Shown piece by piece: positions 23,250 through 36,329 of a stretch of 42,432 nucleotides of DNA (position 1 is the stretch's first letter; each line of letters begins with the position of its first letter). Source of the DNA: Tubiluchus corallicola (Eukaryota > Animalia > Priapulida). The position numbers were made by a program, and so were the translations under genes. Under the pieces are notes generated by a model. It was given only the letters and a program-made list of their open reading frames with translations, was not told the DNA's origin and did not search any database. The DNA lies in NCBI GenBank assembly GCA_030141605.1, contig JAQGDQ010001404.1, positions 1 to 42,432 of the forward strand, in the 5' to 3' direction.

Positions 23250-26200
23250 TTAATCTGCTTTTTCAATTAAACATAATTTGTGTATAGGTCGGGTTAGAAG
23301 CGTACTTTTGGTCTTTATGGTTGCAGAGCGGACGCATCCATCATCACTTGTCTTGACATCTGTAATTCGCCCAAGTATCCACTGGCTTCGATGGACATTA
23401 TCGCTTACCAAAACTACGTCTCCAGCTTTGAGATTTTCTTTGCTTCGTAACCATTTTGTTCGCAGTTGTAACGTTGGCAAGTATTCACGATACCATCTTG
23501 TCCAGAATAAGTCTGCCATGTACTGGACTTGGCGCCACTTCTTTTTGTATTGGTCCTTTACTTCGAAGTTGCCAGGCGGCAGTGCAGGATTTGGTCGAAG
23601 CAGCAACAAATGGTTTGGTGTCAGAGCTTCTAAGTCATTTGGATCTTCTGAAACAATGGTAAGGGGCAGGCTATTTAAAATGGCCTCTACTAGACAGAAT
23701 AGTGTACTAAGTCTTTCGTCATCCAGTGTTTGCTGTTCTAAGATACTGACTAAAACTTTCTTTACACTTCTAATCATGCTCTCACAGAAGCCACCAAAAT
23801 GGCTAGCTGAAGCAGGGTTGAAGATCCACTCTATATTTTTCTGACGTAGAGTGCTTTGAATTTGACTTTGGTTCCATTCGGTTATGGAATTCTGAAGCTC
23901 CTTTTGGGCGCCAACAAAATTTGTACCTTGATCAGACCTGATTAGTCTTGGTGGACCTCTTCGGCTTATGAAACGTTGCAGTGCTTGAATGAAAGAGCTG
24001 GTTTCGAGGGTGTGTAAAATCTCTAGGTGAACTGCTCTAGTGGTGGTGCAAGTAAAAATGCAGCCATATCGCTTAGCTTTTGCACGCCCTCTGACAACAT
24101 AAAAGGTTCCGAAGCAGTCTACACCTACACATTCGAAAGCATGAGTTCCTTCTACACGATCAGCTGGCAAATCTGCCATTTTCTGGCTCTCCAGGGGTGC
24201 ATAGAGACGACGGCACTTACGACAATATTTTAATAGTTTCTTTGTAAGTGCCCGTCCTCGAATAATCCAGTAAGCAGAGCGAACTAAGGAGAGCACATGT
24301 TCTCTTCCAATGTGACCATTGGTTTCATGGTAATGACGGATTATTAAGGTTGAAACATGATGCTCTTTAGGAAGTACTGCAGGATGTTTGGCAGCTTCAG
24401 GTAGCGCTGCATTTCTAAGTCGCCCTCCAACAACAATGAGGTTGTCCTTAGACAGGACAGGATTTAACTTAGCAATCTTGCTCGATTTGGAGACAGCTTG
24501 TCCTGCAGATAAGGTTTTGTATTCCCGAGTAAAGTGTTGGCGTTGGATATAGCCGAGAATCGCCTTTTCTGCTTGCTCCACCTCTGAAACAGAAATCTCT
24601 GTATTATAGCATTGAGAGGATGGGATCTGTCTTTTTGTGATTTTGTTCTTTAAAATGGCTTTCACTCGCAAAAACCATGTGACAGCTTTTTTAAGTTTGT
24701 AGAAGCTACTATAATATTCCATAAGCTTGTCAGTAGCTTCTGACTTGGAAGAGTTAGCTTCACACAATAAGACTTTAACACTTTGCTTTATCTCATTGTC
24801 GTGACTATCCACTGTGGGCAGAACTGTTTGAACTGGCCATTCTGGTTCAGGTTTGTAAAGAAATTCTGGGCCATGCAGCCATCTGACACTTGCGATTAAA
24901 TCTCTTGCAGACAAACCTCGCGATGCATCATTTGCTGGATTTTCATCTCCAGAGACATGCCTCCATTGGCTGGGAACTGTTAAGCTGTGTATGGTAGCTA
25001 ACCGGTTAGCCACAAAGGTTTTGTATCTCGCCCTTTCATTGTTGATATAGCCAAGAACAATTGTGCTGTCGACCCAAAATGTAGAAGTACCTATAGGAAT
25101 GCTTAATTCCTTCCGTGCCATAGAATCAACTTTTACTGCAAGCACAGCAGCTGACAGTTCGAGGCGTGGCAAAGTGACTTTCTTAAAGGGGGTCAGTCTT
25201 GTTTTACTCACCACAAATGTACAGAAGTATATCTCCTGCAGCATTTGCTGATCTAAGATATGATACAGTTCCAAGGGCTCTTTCGGATGCATCTGAGAAA
25301 TGATGAAGCTGGTATGAAACAGCTTCAAAGTTTGGTGGTGTAAAACACCGACTCAGGTGCACATCTTTGATTAAGTCAAGTTCTTCTAACCATCTTTTCC
25401 ATTGTTGTTTCACATGATCCTCCAAAGGTTCATCCCAGGATTTCTTCAATCGTGTTTCTTCCTGAAATAGTAACTTCGCTTGCAGAACATAGGGACTTAT
25501 TATTCCCATAGGATCATATGATGAAGCCATTACACTCAAAAGACCATGGCGTGTCATCGGTTTTTCTTTTTTCCTAACAAGAATACTAAAATGGTCTGCT
25601 TCCATGTTCCATGCAATGGCAAGAACCCGATCAACAGGCAAGGATGAGTTATCTAAATCAATATCCTTCACTGATTTCCCTCTTTCTTCTGCAGGGATAG
25701 AGTTGAGAACTTCTCGGTCATTGCTGCACCATTTTGTTAAATGGAAGCCACCATGGTGAAGTAAACTGGTTAGGTCTTCTATCATTGCAATACCTTCCTG
25801 AGTTGTTGAAAGAGACTTAAGAAGATCGTCTACATAGAAATTGCTTATAACTGTTTGTACCACGGTGCTGTTGTACAAAGCTCTGTTGTCCATGGCTGTT
25901 TTCTGGAGTGCATATGATGCAATACTTGGGCACCATATTCCGCCAAAAATATGGACTGTCATCCTGTATATTTTAGGTTTTAGTTCTATATTGCCTCCAG
26001 GCCACCAAAGGAAACGGAGTACATCTCTGTCAGCAGGAGTGACTCTCACCTGGTAAAACATACTCTGGATGTCAGCAGTGATTGCTATTTTACCTTCTCT
26101 AAATCTGAGCAGGACGCCAAGGAGCTTGTTGGTTAGATCAGGTCCTTGCATTACAATTTTGTTTAATGTTGTGCCAGCAAAACTCACAGCACAATCAAAT

Positions 26201-26741
26201 ACTACTCTTGTTTTCTCTGGCTTGCTCTCACTTTTAACACTAAAGTGTGGCAAATACCACACCTTGCCATCAGTGGTTGCAGCTTCCTCATTTACAGGTT
26301 CAGCATATCCTTTTTCGAGCAAGTCACTGATCTCTTTAGAGTATTTGTTGTGAAGGGCCTCATCTTGCTTAAACTTCTTCTTCAAACCTTCAAGTCTCTT
26401 CTCTGCTACAATTTTGTTATTTGGCAAATCGGGAGATTCGCTTCTAAATGGGATATCCATCATATAGTGTGGTCTTCAGTCAGTGTTGCGGATCGTTCCC
26501 AGATGTTAACAGTTCTTACATCTTCGACAGAAGGTTTATGGCTGTTATCTTCACAAGATTCTAGCTGCCAGAATCGCTCTACTTGTTGCTCCAGTGTTAC
26601 AGGCTGCAAAATGCTAAGGTTACAACTGATATGCTCGGCTTCAGTTGGTCCAAGTGGTCCATTTAGGGTCCAACCCAAGACACTGAGCGATGCCCAAGGA
26701 GCATGTTTAGGTCCTTTTGAGAGCGAGAGCTTCAGGCACAT
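23250..26741 (-). pseudogene. BEL Pol (RT-RH-IN), copy 2
   Basis: Translations are identical to copy 1. Confidence 0.93.
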
Positions 26742-26835
26742 CTTGCCCTATGAGAAGGCCAAGTTCCAGAGACTGAGATCTGTCCTGGGCAACATAGACG
26801 TCAATGCCTTGTAAGTGTGGCCAAGAGCTCAAGTT

Positions 26836-28954
26836 CTAATAAACAGGTAAATGCTCCATCTCTAACATAAGGGATGGTCTTGTAAAGACAAGAGGGAGAT
26901 CTATGGTGACATTGTAGCTTGGATCAGACACTTGTAGTTTAGTGACTTTACTCTTCTTCTGGCTCTGTTTAGCATCAAGCGTTGTCAAAATTAATGTTTC
27001 TTCTCTGCCCTGAGCACCTAACTTTTCATATATTTGGCTAGAGCAGAATGTATTTGTCGAACCAGGGTCAAGACGTGCTAGTGTCTTTAATGGTTTACCA
27101 CCTGGTATGTTAACAAATACTGGCAAGATAGGCAAAGCTACATTGCACTTAGAAGGCTCATGCGTCTTCTTTATGTAACCACTTTGACAATTGTGCTCAC
27201 TATCTTCTTCTTTTAGTTTCTCGTTATCTTCTTCATTATTCTTCTTTTCTTTTTCTTCTCCACTATACGGCCTGCTGTTGGGTTTGTGTGTAGCAGCAGC
27301 AGTGCTAATATTTCCTCGCATATTCTGAGCATGCAAGAAAGTGGAATGTTTTCTCTTGCAAACATCACAGCGATTGGCTGACCTACATGATGCACTACTG
27401 TGGTTAGGCTTCAGGCAATTAAAACATAGTTTGTGTTGCTTGGCTACCTCTAGCCTTCCAGGTACAGTTAGCCTCTTGAACTTGAAGCATTTCTGAAGCC
27501 GATGTGCTTCAGAACACAGGGTACATGAAAGTGAAGTCTTCTCTTCAGATTTGTCAGGTTCACGTGTATGTGAACTAGCAAATGTTCCAGAACTAGCAAA
27601 AATGTTTACAGAATTAGACTTTGGTTTAGGCTTATAGGTGTCCTTCCTCTCGGATGGTTTCCTATGAAACGTGGGATCATTTTTCAATCTGTGCCTGTGT
27701 TTCTATGAAAGTGACAACATCAAAGATGTCTGGATTTCTCCCAGAAGATTTAATATTATGAACCTCTTTCCTCCAGTGAGAATGAATGCCAATGGGCAAT
27801 TTGTCAACGATTTGTACGAGATTTCCTTGAGCATTAATCTCGGACAAATAACCTAAACTTGACAGAGTTTCATAACAAGCACGCAACAAGTCTGCATATT
27901 CCTGTAATGTCTGATATTCCGCAGCCTTAATGGGTTTGAAATCCGAAATCTGTTTGATCCATGCTTGAGTGATATTAAATTCATTTCCAAACTGCTGCTT
28001 TAGCATGCGCTTTGCTTTTGTGTAACCTACAACTGGGTCCATTGTCACACAGCAGTCAATATAACGTTTTACTTTGTCACTGCAAAACTGAAGAAGGAGT
28101 GTTAATCTGGCAACGTTGTCAGTTGTGTAATTCTCAACCGTTGTTTCAAACTGTTTAATGAAGCGACAATACTGCAACGGGCTGCCATCGAATTTCTCTA
28201 TCTCGATACCAGGCAATGGACAACCATAAAACTGGTAAGGGGGTTGTACTGCTGGCAGAGGACTCCCTTTGATTTCAGGTTGCTTGACACGTAAAGGTGC
28301 CTGAAAGGAACTGCTTCCTGGTTGCTCTGGCTGAAAGGAACTGCTTCCTGGTTGCTCTGCCTGCAAGGAACTGCATCCTGGTTGCTCTTGGCAATAATTT
28401 GCTACCCAGTCTCTCGTTTGCTCTCTTTTGTCAACAAAGGAAACGACCTCGGAAGAACGTGGACTACCGGCTTCAAACTGAGCAAAGACAGTTGCCTCAG
28501 CGTCTGCTTGCTTTATTTCAGTAGCTATCTTCAACTGTTCTTGTTGCAAAACTAACTTTTGCTTTTCTTGTTCGAGCTGCATTTCATTTAACTGCAATTT
28601 TGCCTTTTCTGCAAGTGCTTGTTGCTTAATCATAAGAGCAGCCTTTTTCGGTTCAGCTGACATTCTTTGTGCTGTTGCCGAAACAGTGGTTGATTTTGAA
28701 CTACGTGAATGAGGAGACTTGTGACTTTTGTGCGTTCTGTGGCTTCTTAGTTCGCCTAAGCTTTCCTCTTTGTCCTCACTGTCAGGTATAGCGGCAGGTG
28801 TTAGCTGCGTTTCATCATCAGTTGAGCTGGAAGCTGCGCCTTCGCACTGCAACAGCCTATCAATTAATTCCTGCTTCCGACCGCTAACAGGTAAACATTT
28901 GTCCTTAAGCATTCGCTGTAACTGAGGGACAGTTTTCTTACCTAAATCAGACAT
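26836..28954 (-). pseudogene. BEL Gag-protease, copy 2
   Basis: Identical to copy 1 except SSAF versus SSSF. Confidence 0.92.
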
Positions 28955-31219
28955 GCTTCAAAATACAGCAAAGTACAATTCAGTAAAATAATACAAGTAG
29001 CTAAGTAGATAAACTAGTGAAATAGGCATAAAAATCCATGTATCAAATAGTGACGATAACATATGGTCTAATTCTTTATGCACCGCACAGTACTACTAGT
29101 ATTTAGGCAATTAGGTAAACTGTACAACAAATCAAAGCATTATCTGACAGTGTAGAAATTCACCTTATTCTCTACACTAACATATTGAAATAATACCAAG
29201 TCGAAAATAAAATGTAATCTTAATTGGTATGGCTGTGAATATTTCAAAACTTTAATACTATTAAACCTTCAATACTTCAGTACTAAACAGCCCAAGCGAA
29301 TCTTACAAGTCTTAATGACTTAATAACTATATGCGCAAAATTAACGCAATAATTTTATGCAGTAGGTTAGTATTTCAGGTCAGTTCACCACACTGATACA
29401 GTTCTTAAAAGTCTTGGCAATGGGCAATTCACATAATACAGGCCTGAGAAGCGTAGACGCATTTCCTGTCCTACTTCCGGCATGCAGTTATACACCTGTG
29501 CTGTAGGCTTCCTGACCTTGATCAACTTGGGCGGCTCGATGGCATGAAACCTCAGGTGGTTATGGCTGACGTTGAATTATCTCCAATATAGCCTTGATAA
29601 ATAAATGTGACGGGAACACAAAGAATTTCCTTCATAGCATAGTGTGTCTCAGAAATCTTTATTTCTGTATATACAAAATAAATGAAAATAATAAATTTGA
29701 CTGCTTTTCACTGCTTACAAATGTATAATAATATAATTATTATAATTTAAAATAATAAAGTAAATGTTACTCACATCGTGCGGCTATAACAACTTAATAG
29801 ATCCTTGAAACGTCATACTGGTTTACAGCAAATCATGTAGAGACGCTATACTTGAACATTTATCAAACATTATTTAACGTTTGCTGAGGCTTCTGTGAGC
29901 GTGTTTAGTTAGGCACAACCTAATTTACAACTTCACAGGTAAAATTACAGGTAAGTTCACATAGGTGCTGCCACCTACATGATAAGGCCAGAAACTGACC
30001 TTAACAACAGATATAGTCCGGAATGCGAAGCATCATTTCATTGGTCGACTACAGATTTGTGTCAGCTTTGAGATAAAAAGTACTACCATGACAGGGCATT
30101 TTTGTACCAAAATTTTAGCTTCCTTGCTGGCATAAAAGCCGACTGATTGTTACAACTCTAGTACAGTGTAAGAAGCTGATTGCTATTTATCTATTATTTT
30201 TAGCATAATGACTATCTTGTGGAAATATATAAACTATTAGCTGGTCCTGCCCTGCTGGCTGCTGCCATCTGTTGGCTACTGTTAGAAGCTTTTGATAGAG
30301 CTAAACCTTGGTGATCGTTGAAGCATGGACTAATATGTGTTGGCTTGGAGCAGTGATTCATTTTAAGCCAGTCTGACCACATGCTCTGGTGTTGTTGTTA
30401 TTTTTGATGTTGGTATTCTTACCTGGACTATTGTCACCACTGAGGTTTGTCACTGTATGGACAGACAATGTTTGGTGAGGTGCCTTTACATTGCTTACAA
30501 GAACTCAGGTATGCACACCCTCCGAAGTTACCTTAAGAGACAAGTTTACTTCGGATGTTAAACTTAGGATCTAATGTTATGGCTAAACTAATTAGTTTTC
30601 ATAAATACGCTGTTCATGTAAAGTGTTGCGGAATGATGAATTCTCACTGGACTGTGTTTTTTCGACAACTGGAAATAATGTTACGTTCTAGTGCAGAAGT
30701 TTACTCATTTAAAAACTGTGTGCGGGACTGATATGCCAAGCAGTAGCCAGCTCCTCTTTGTTTTATGCTGATCTGATTGTATTTTTGATATTTGTCGATT
30801 GATATGTTGTTTATTGTTGTTTAAATAAGTATGCAAACTTTATTTCACAGTTTTTTTTCATTTACATTACAATCACAGAAAGGGTTGATAACGTAAAGAA
30901 AAGCTGAAGTGTGGTTCAAAGTCAAAATCACACTGGTGAATTTCCATTATTCTGAATTATTTATTAATGATAAAATTCCATGGTTGGTCCCTGGTCTCCA
31001 TGTTCTGACCCCCGTAGTACCATCAGCATTAACGCTCGCGGCATGAAGATTTAGGATTAACAAAACTAAAGTCACTTTGAAGATTATGTTCATGTATTAT
31101 TTACATATATCAAGTAAAGTTTTTACCCAAGTCCAGAGCTATCTTGTTACATTGTATAAACGAGTCTTCTTTTTTTTGAATGCGTAGTTGTGGGGTACTT
31201 TTTATATAAAATATTACTT

Positions 31220-31360
31220 GACGGAAAAAATTTCGGCAGATTTTTAGCATTTCCTAGAATTTTTTGCCAGAACTCCTTCATAGATAAGAAATTTCACAGA
31301 AAGTGTAATAAAATATCCCCTGTAAAGCGTAGTTAGATAATGCCGAATAATAAGTTGTTT
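31220..31360 (+). repeat. Dispersed repeat of about 140 bp, copy A
   Basis: agaactccttcatag...cacagaaagtgtaataaaatatc...aataataagttgtttt also occurs at about 36330-36470. Confidence 0.85.
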
Positions 31361-32058
31361 TAGCATGTTAATTGAGCATAAATAATCAATAGAGCGTCGA
31401 CTATTACAGCCATTTTCTTTAAAATATAAATCATGGCAAAAAAGAAATTATTAGTACAATGATGGCACTAAAACAGAAATGCATAAAATGTCAATACAAA
31501 TCCGTAGATTAGAATTTAAATTGTGAAAATTAACATGGATGCAACTAGAAGAAATTGCACGGAGATGTAAACAAAAATTTACCTTACATATGAGATTGAT
31601 AAATGACCATAACACAATTAATAAACGATTAGTCGAAGTCTATATAATTAAGAATCACAGTAATAAGAGTTATAGGAATTAAAAACACTAAATTTTGCAA
31701 AAATTACAACAAGGGAAACACAAAACTAGAAACCCTCGGCATTTGTAATCGAGATTAAATCTGCAAGGACCATGACAGAACTTGAAAAACAAAGTCAAGC
31801 TGAATTAAAACACAGAAATGAGACATGGTGCTACCGATGATAGCTGGTTGTAAAGAATTGTGTAGGGGTTAATTATATACAAGGCCTTTGCTATCTTAAG
31901 ATCTTGAAATTCTTCTTCCACTACTTCAAAGGTTAAATTCAGTGTCGAACCCACAGCAATCACCCCCGCATGCAGTGAGAGTAAGCTGGTCCTTGCGGTG
32001 CTCCCCAATTCTGGTACAAAGATGACGCTTCATCTGCCAGATGTAATTCGCCTGGCAA

Positions 32059-32568
32059 ACACCATAGGTGTACTCATAGGTACTGATACGTCACACGCCA
32101 TAGGTGTACTCATAGGTACTGATACGTCACACACCATAGGTGTACTCATAGGTACTGATACGTCACACGCCATAGGTGTACTCATAGGTACTGATACGTC
32201 ACACACCATAGGTGTACTCATAGGTACTGATACGTCACACACCATAGGTGTACTCATAGGTACTGATACGTCACACGCCATAGGTGTACTCATAGGTACT
32301 GATACGTCACACGCCATAGGTGTACTCATAGGTACTGATACGTCACACTCCATAGGTGTACTCATAGGTACTGATACGTCACACACCATAGGTGTACTCA
32401 TAGGTACTGATACGTCACACGCCATAGGTGTACTCATAGGTACTGATACGTCACACGCCATAGGTGTACTCATAGGTACTGATACGTCACACACCATAGG
32501 TGTACTCATAGGTACTGATACGTCACACACCATAGGTGTACTCAACTGATACGTCACACGCCATAGGT
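32059..32568. repeat. 36-bp minisatellite, about 14 copies
   Basis: Unit (a/g/t)ccataggtgtactcataggtactgatacgtcacac, head-to-tail with no spacers. Confidence 0.97.
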
Positions 32569-32589
32569 CTGCTCATCAATAACTAGAAT

Positions 32590-33795
32590 TCTGCAAAAAC
32601 TGCAGGGTCATTGGACATACCAATAAAAATTGTTAAAACCTGTAGCATTATTATTACACATTAGTTATATTTTTAATCAAATGCTTATGCATAGTAGGTT
32701 CCCAGATTTATGCAAAACTGCAAATGTAACACCCATGCTAAACGCGGAGAGTCAGAGGATCTGAATAATTGTCGTCCAATATCCATAGTACATTGTAAAA
32801 CAATAACCTCATATACAAACAGCAATTTGGCTTTTGAAAACGGCATTCTACTATTGACGCAATAACTTTCGTGACAGAAAAATGGCGTTACTCACTAAAC
32901 AATGAAGAATTTGTTGTAACTGCATTTCTTCGTCTTAGTCAGGCATTTAATAGCTTATCTCAACCAATGCTTGTGTGAAAGCTATACACTTTTGCCCTTA
33001 ACAACTGTTCTGCTAATAGAATACATGACTACTTAAAAGACAGGAGGCAGCAGTGGTCTTTATTGTTTAATATATATGTAAATGACATCCCAACCACAAT
33101 TCATAATTTCTCCATAACTCAATATGCTGATAACACAAATATAACTACTAACGATTCTAATCCTAATTTAGCTGTAAATACTTTAGGCAGCAAAAATGAA
33201 GAACTCAAACTAATCCATTTAAAACTTAAAACAGATAAAACTGTCTTTTTATTACTAACTCCTAGAGAAAGCCTGTAAGGTACTTATGATGCTGCTAATA
33301 TATCCTTGTATTCTTGTAACGAAACAGTACAGCAATCTAATAACACAAAATATTTAGGGATGGAGATACACAATAAACTTGCATGAAACGGTCAAGTAAA
33401 TAATATAATACAGAAAATGGGAAATATCACGTCATTTTTAAGACAAGTCAAAAGACAACTGAACATTAAAACTAAACAATTAATTTAGAAAACACTGGTC
33501 CTCTCTCATTTAACATATGGCTGCCAACTATTAACAGATATATCAAAAGACTCTCTAAACAGACTTGTCCAAATGCAAAGTAGATTTAGTAGCTATTGCT
33601 TTCATCAGTCCTCGGACTGCTTGTACACAAAAATTTTATGTATATGTATTTTGTACAGTACAGTTTGTGTACATTAATTGCAATAAAGATTATTAATATA
33701 TTATTATTATTATACAAAATATACTGTAATCGTGTTTACAAAATGTTTCCGACTATGTCAGTGAATATTGCGTATTGAATAAATTTAACTTTAAC
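32590..33795 (+). mobile_element. Heavily decayed LINE RT fragment related to the element at 1-3270
   Basis: Remnants KTANVTP, RPISIVHC, QFGF, STIDA, LFNIYVND, QYADN, KYLG and RQVK.QL are colinear with the first LINE. It ends with an AATAAA-containing tail. Confidence 0.85.
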
Positions 33796-33962
33796 AAAAC
33801 AAGAACAAAAACAATGGTAACAGCACAATTTAGACAAATATAACACATAGTTACTGGAGTAAAATTCATACAAAACGCTAGCTTGTTTTTACTTTGGGAT
33901 TATTGGCGATTCTTTAATTTGCTGTTTCATGATTCTTATTTTTTAAATTATTTTGGGCATTG

Positions 33963-34991
33963 TTATAATGTGCACGGGTAGTCAAACATGTTCATCTCCT
34001 CTTTATGTTCCTCACAGAGCAGTTTAAGAGTTAATTGTGAAACGTTTTGGTAGTAATATCCAAAAGGCGGCCATGATGCCCTCTCGTGACTCTTGTCTGA
34101 TTCGATTTTTTTTGGAAAACGGACTAAGTGGCTTATATTCAGTAAATTTATTAAGTAACTCGCGTCATCTTTTATTGTTTCGTATTTTCCTATGAAGTCA
34201 TAATTAACACTGCATGGCTCGCATAACTTACCATAAGATGCCCAGTGCAAGTTCATGCTACTCTCCGTCTTTGATTCAGGTTGCAATAAAAATTCTAAAA
34301 ACTCTTCAAATTTTTCGCCAGTAACGTTACGCCCAGTTTCTGTGTTTATTCGAATCAAATATTTACGGATGTTAGTTATGTACTTTCCGTGGTTGTTTTT
34401 CCATCCAGACAATGCCTTATCCCGGAAAGCGGAAACTATGCGGTCCAAAGGATTTCTCACAAATATAAACTTGAAAAAGCTTTTAATCATAATTTCCTGC
34501 TGTGCTGGTCTGTACTGAGAAAATTTGCTTATAATGGGTTTGTGCACCTGACTATGTCTTATATTCATTACATCGCCAATGGTTTGATTTTCTAACACCC
34601 ACATTATTCGCTTAAAATTCGTTGTGGCAACTTTAGGTATTGGACAGTAGATAAATTTAAACTCTTCGTTCACTAATAGACGATCTTTAATTCCTATAAA
34701 CTTTAGCTGTGCTCCTTCTGTTCCACATGTTTCTGTGATGCGTTGCTTCCTTTCCTCATACTGTTTCTTTAGCACGTCCTGCTTTCCCAACGAGAACAAT
34801 AAAGAGGCAAACAAGTTCTTACCTTGATCACTGATTGCACTGATTTGATGGAAATGTGGCACAGTATTTGTCAGCAAGTTTAGTCCACTAACTGCTGGTG
34901 TATTATTAATACCAGAGAAGCAAATACTCAGCAAAAGAAACAGGGCAAAGAAAACAACTATTGCAGTGAATACCTTAAGCTTCCTTGACAT
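33963..34991 (-). CDS. CHST: Golgi carbohydrate sulfotransferase, Sulfotransfer_2 family (CHST8-14: HNK-1ST / chondroitin 4-O-sulfotransferase-like), 342 aa
   Basis: Type II N-terminal TM helix. 5'-PSB CPIPKVATTNFKR, 3'-PB FVRNPLDRIVSAFRDK and HW....LC.PC...YDFIGKYET. Intact single-exon ORF. An acceptor-like ttttttatatttcag about 15 nt upstream of the ATG implies a 5' UTR intron. Confidence 0.95.
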   Translation of the reverse strand: MSRKLKVFTAIVVFFALFLLLSICFSGINNTPAVSGLNLLTNTVPHFHQISAISDQGKNLFASLLFSLGKQDVLKKQYEERKQRITETCGTEGAQLKFIGIKDRLLVNEEFKFIYCPIPKVATTNFKRIMWVLENQTIGDVMNIRHSQVHKPIISKFSQYRPAQQEIMIKSFFKFIFVRNPLDRIVSAFRDKALSGWKNNHGKYITNIRKYLIRINTETGRNVTGEKFEEFLEFLLQPESKTESSMNLHWASYGKLCEPCSVNYDFIGKYETIKDDASYLINLLNISHLVRFPKKIESDKSHERASWPPFGYYYQNVSQLTLKLLCEEHKEEMNMFDYPCTL

Positions 34992-36329
34992 CTTTTTGAA
35001 ATGTTCTGAAATATAAAAAAATAGTTACTTTGCTTTTCGAGAAAGTAGCTTGCGTAATGCTTAAACAAAGAAATTGCAAACATTTGCTCAGGTTTTTGAA
35101 ACATCTACTTGATACTAGATTTTGACAAACAAACATTTTCAATGTTTTGCTGAAGTCATTTTGCATAATGACTCTCAAGTTTTACATACTTTCGTAGTTC
35201 GGATTTCTTGGGAAAACTTGATTTCTTGTCAGTAATTTCGAATAAAATTAAAAAAGAAATTATATTCCTGCAAAGAGCATGCGACTTTGGTTCAGACAAT
35301 TTGGTTTATAATTTAAATTGATTGTAAAGTGTTAAATTACTATAAATTAATTTTGCTATTGCTCACTCGTTTGGCAAAATTAACAATTCAACCTACACAA
35401 AAGCAAACTTCTCTTTGCATTTTTTCTCGTAGATTAATTTTAAAGCAGATACAATATTTTTAAGTGATGCGTGATGATTTGAAATCGTGCATTTATCCGG
35501 GTAATTAGAACAAATAGGCTAATAATTTACACGTTCTCATACTTACAATGCTAACCATTATTTTATTTAGCTACAGATTTTCACTCCTAAGTCAAGTGCT
35601 TGCACATCCACGAAGATTTTGTTTGCAATTATATGCAATGCATTTGTTGACTTTATGATATTGCTGACTTTATAACAATCAACAGCATAAAATCAACTTA
35701 ACACGTGCTTAGGAAACTAATACAGATCTAGTAAACCTTTCGTGTAGGTTTGTAATCATCTGCTGTGATTAGCGGTGTAATGTCGCAGCTCAAAAATCAG
35801 AAAATTTGTCTCTTACTTCACGATGACAGAATTTTAGTGAGTCCTGATGTAAGGCGCGAGTGCTAAAATGCGCTGAAAATGTGTTCATTCTAGTCACTCA
35901 ATCACAACTTAAAATATCATTTGAATTTAATGCTCCCCAACTATGTGGGGGAAAACTCCTAGTAACTTCTAGTGTTTCTTTTTTCGAAACACCCTTTAAC
36001 TGAAAGTTATTCATAATGTGACATTTTCTAATGGTGCGAATTCGTGAATATATTTTAAAGAAATAACATGATAGCTAAATATTAAAGGTGCATAAAAATA
36101 CCATAGTAATTTTGAAAAATGTAAATAGCCTATAATATGTTCATTTTGCTATGATTTTTTTTTGTTATGCAGAATATAAGTATGCATATACGCTCTAAAA
36201 AGCCTTAGATGTGAAGTGAAATGAAGGAGTTTTGCGTTTTTTGAATATGTAGTTGTCTTCTAGATGGGGCAGGATGATGAAAAAGCTTTCTCACCGACAC
36301 AGAAAACCTTTTTAGCAGAAAAATTTACC

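Larger units (their letters stand above)
22801..30006 (-). mobile_element. BEL/Pao LTR retrotransposon copy 2, inverted mirror of copy 1 (3' LTR 22801-23196; 5' LTR 29606-30006)
   Basis: Position p maps to 45216-p. The main gag-pol ORFs are identical except for one Gag residue. Confidence 0.95.

Noticed and set aside
30230-30530. Possible integrase C-terminal (GPY/F) relic on the minus strand
   Set aside because: Similarity is too weak to support by eye.
32059-32568. CRISPR-like 36-bp repeats and 183/175-aa repetitive ORFs
   Set aside because: No spacers, no cas genes and a eukaryotic context. The ORFs arise because the unit is a stop-free multiple of 3.
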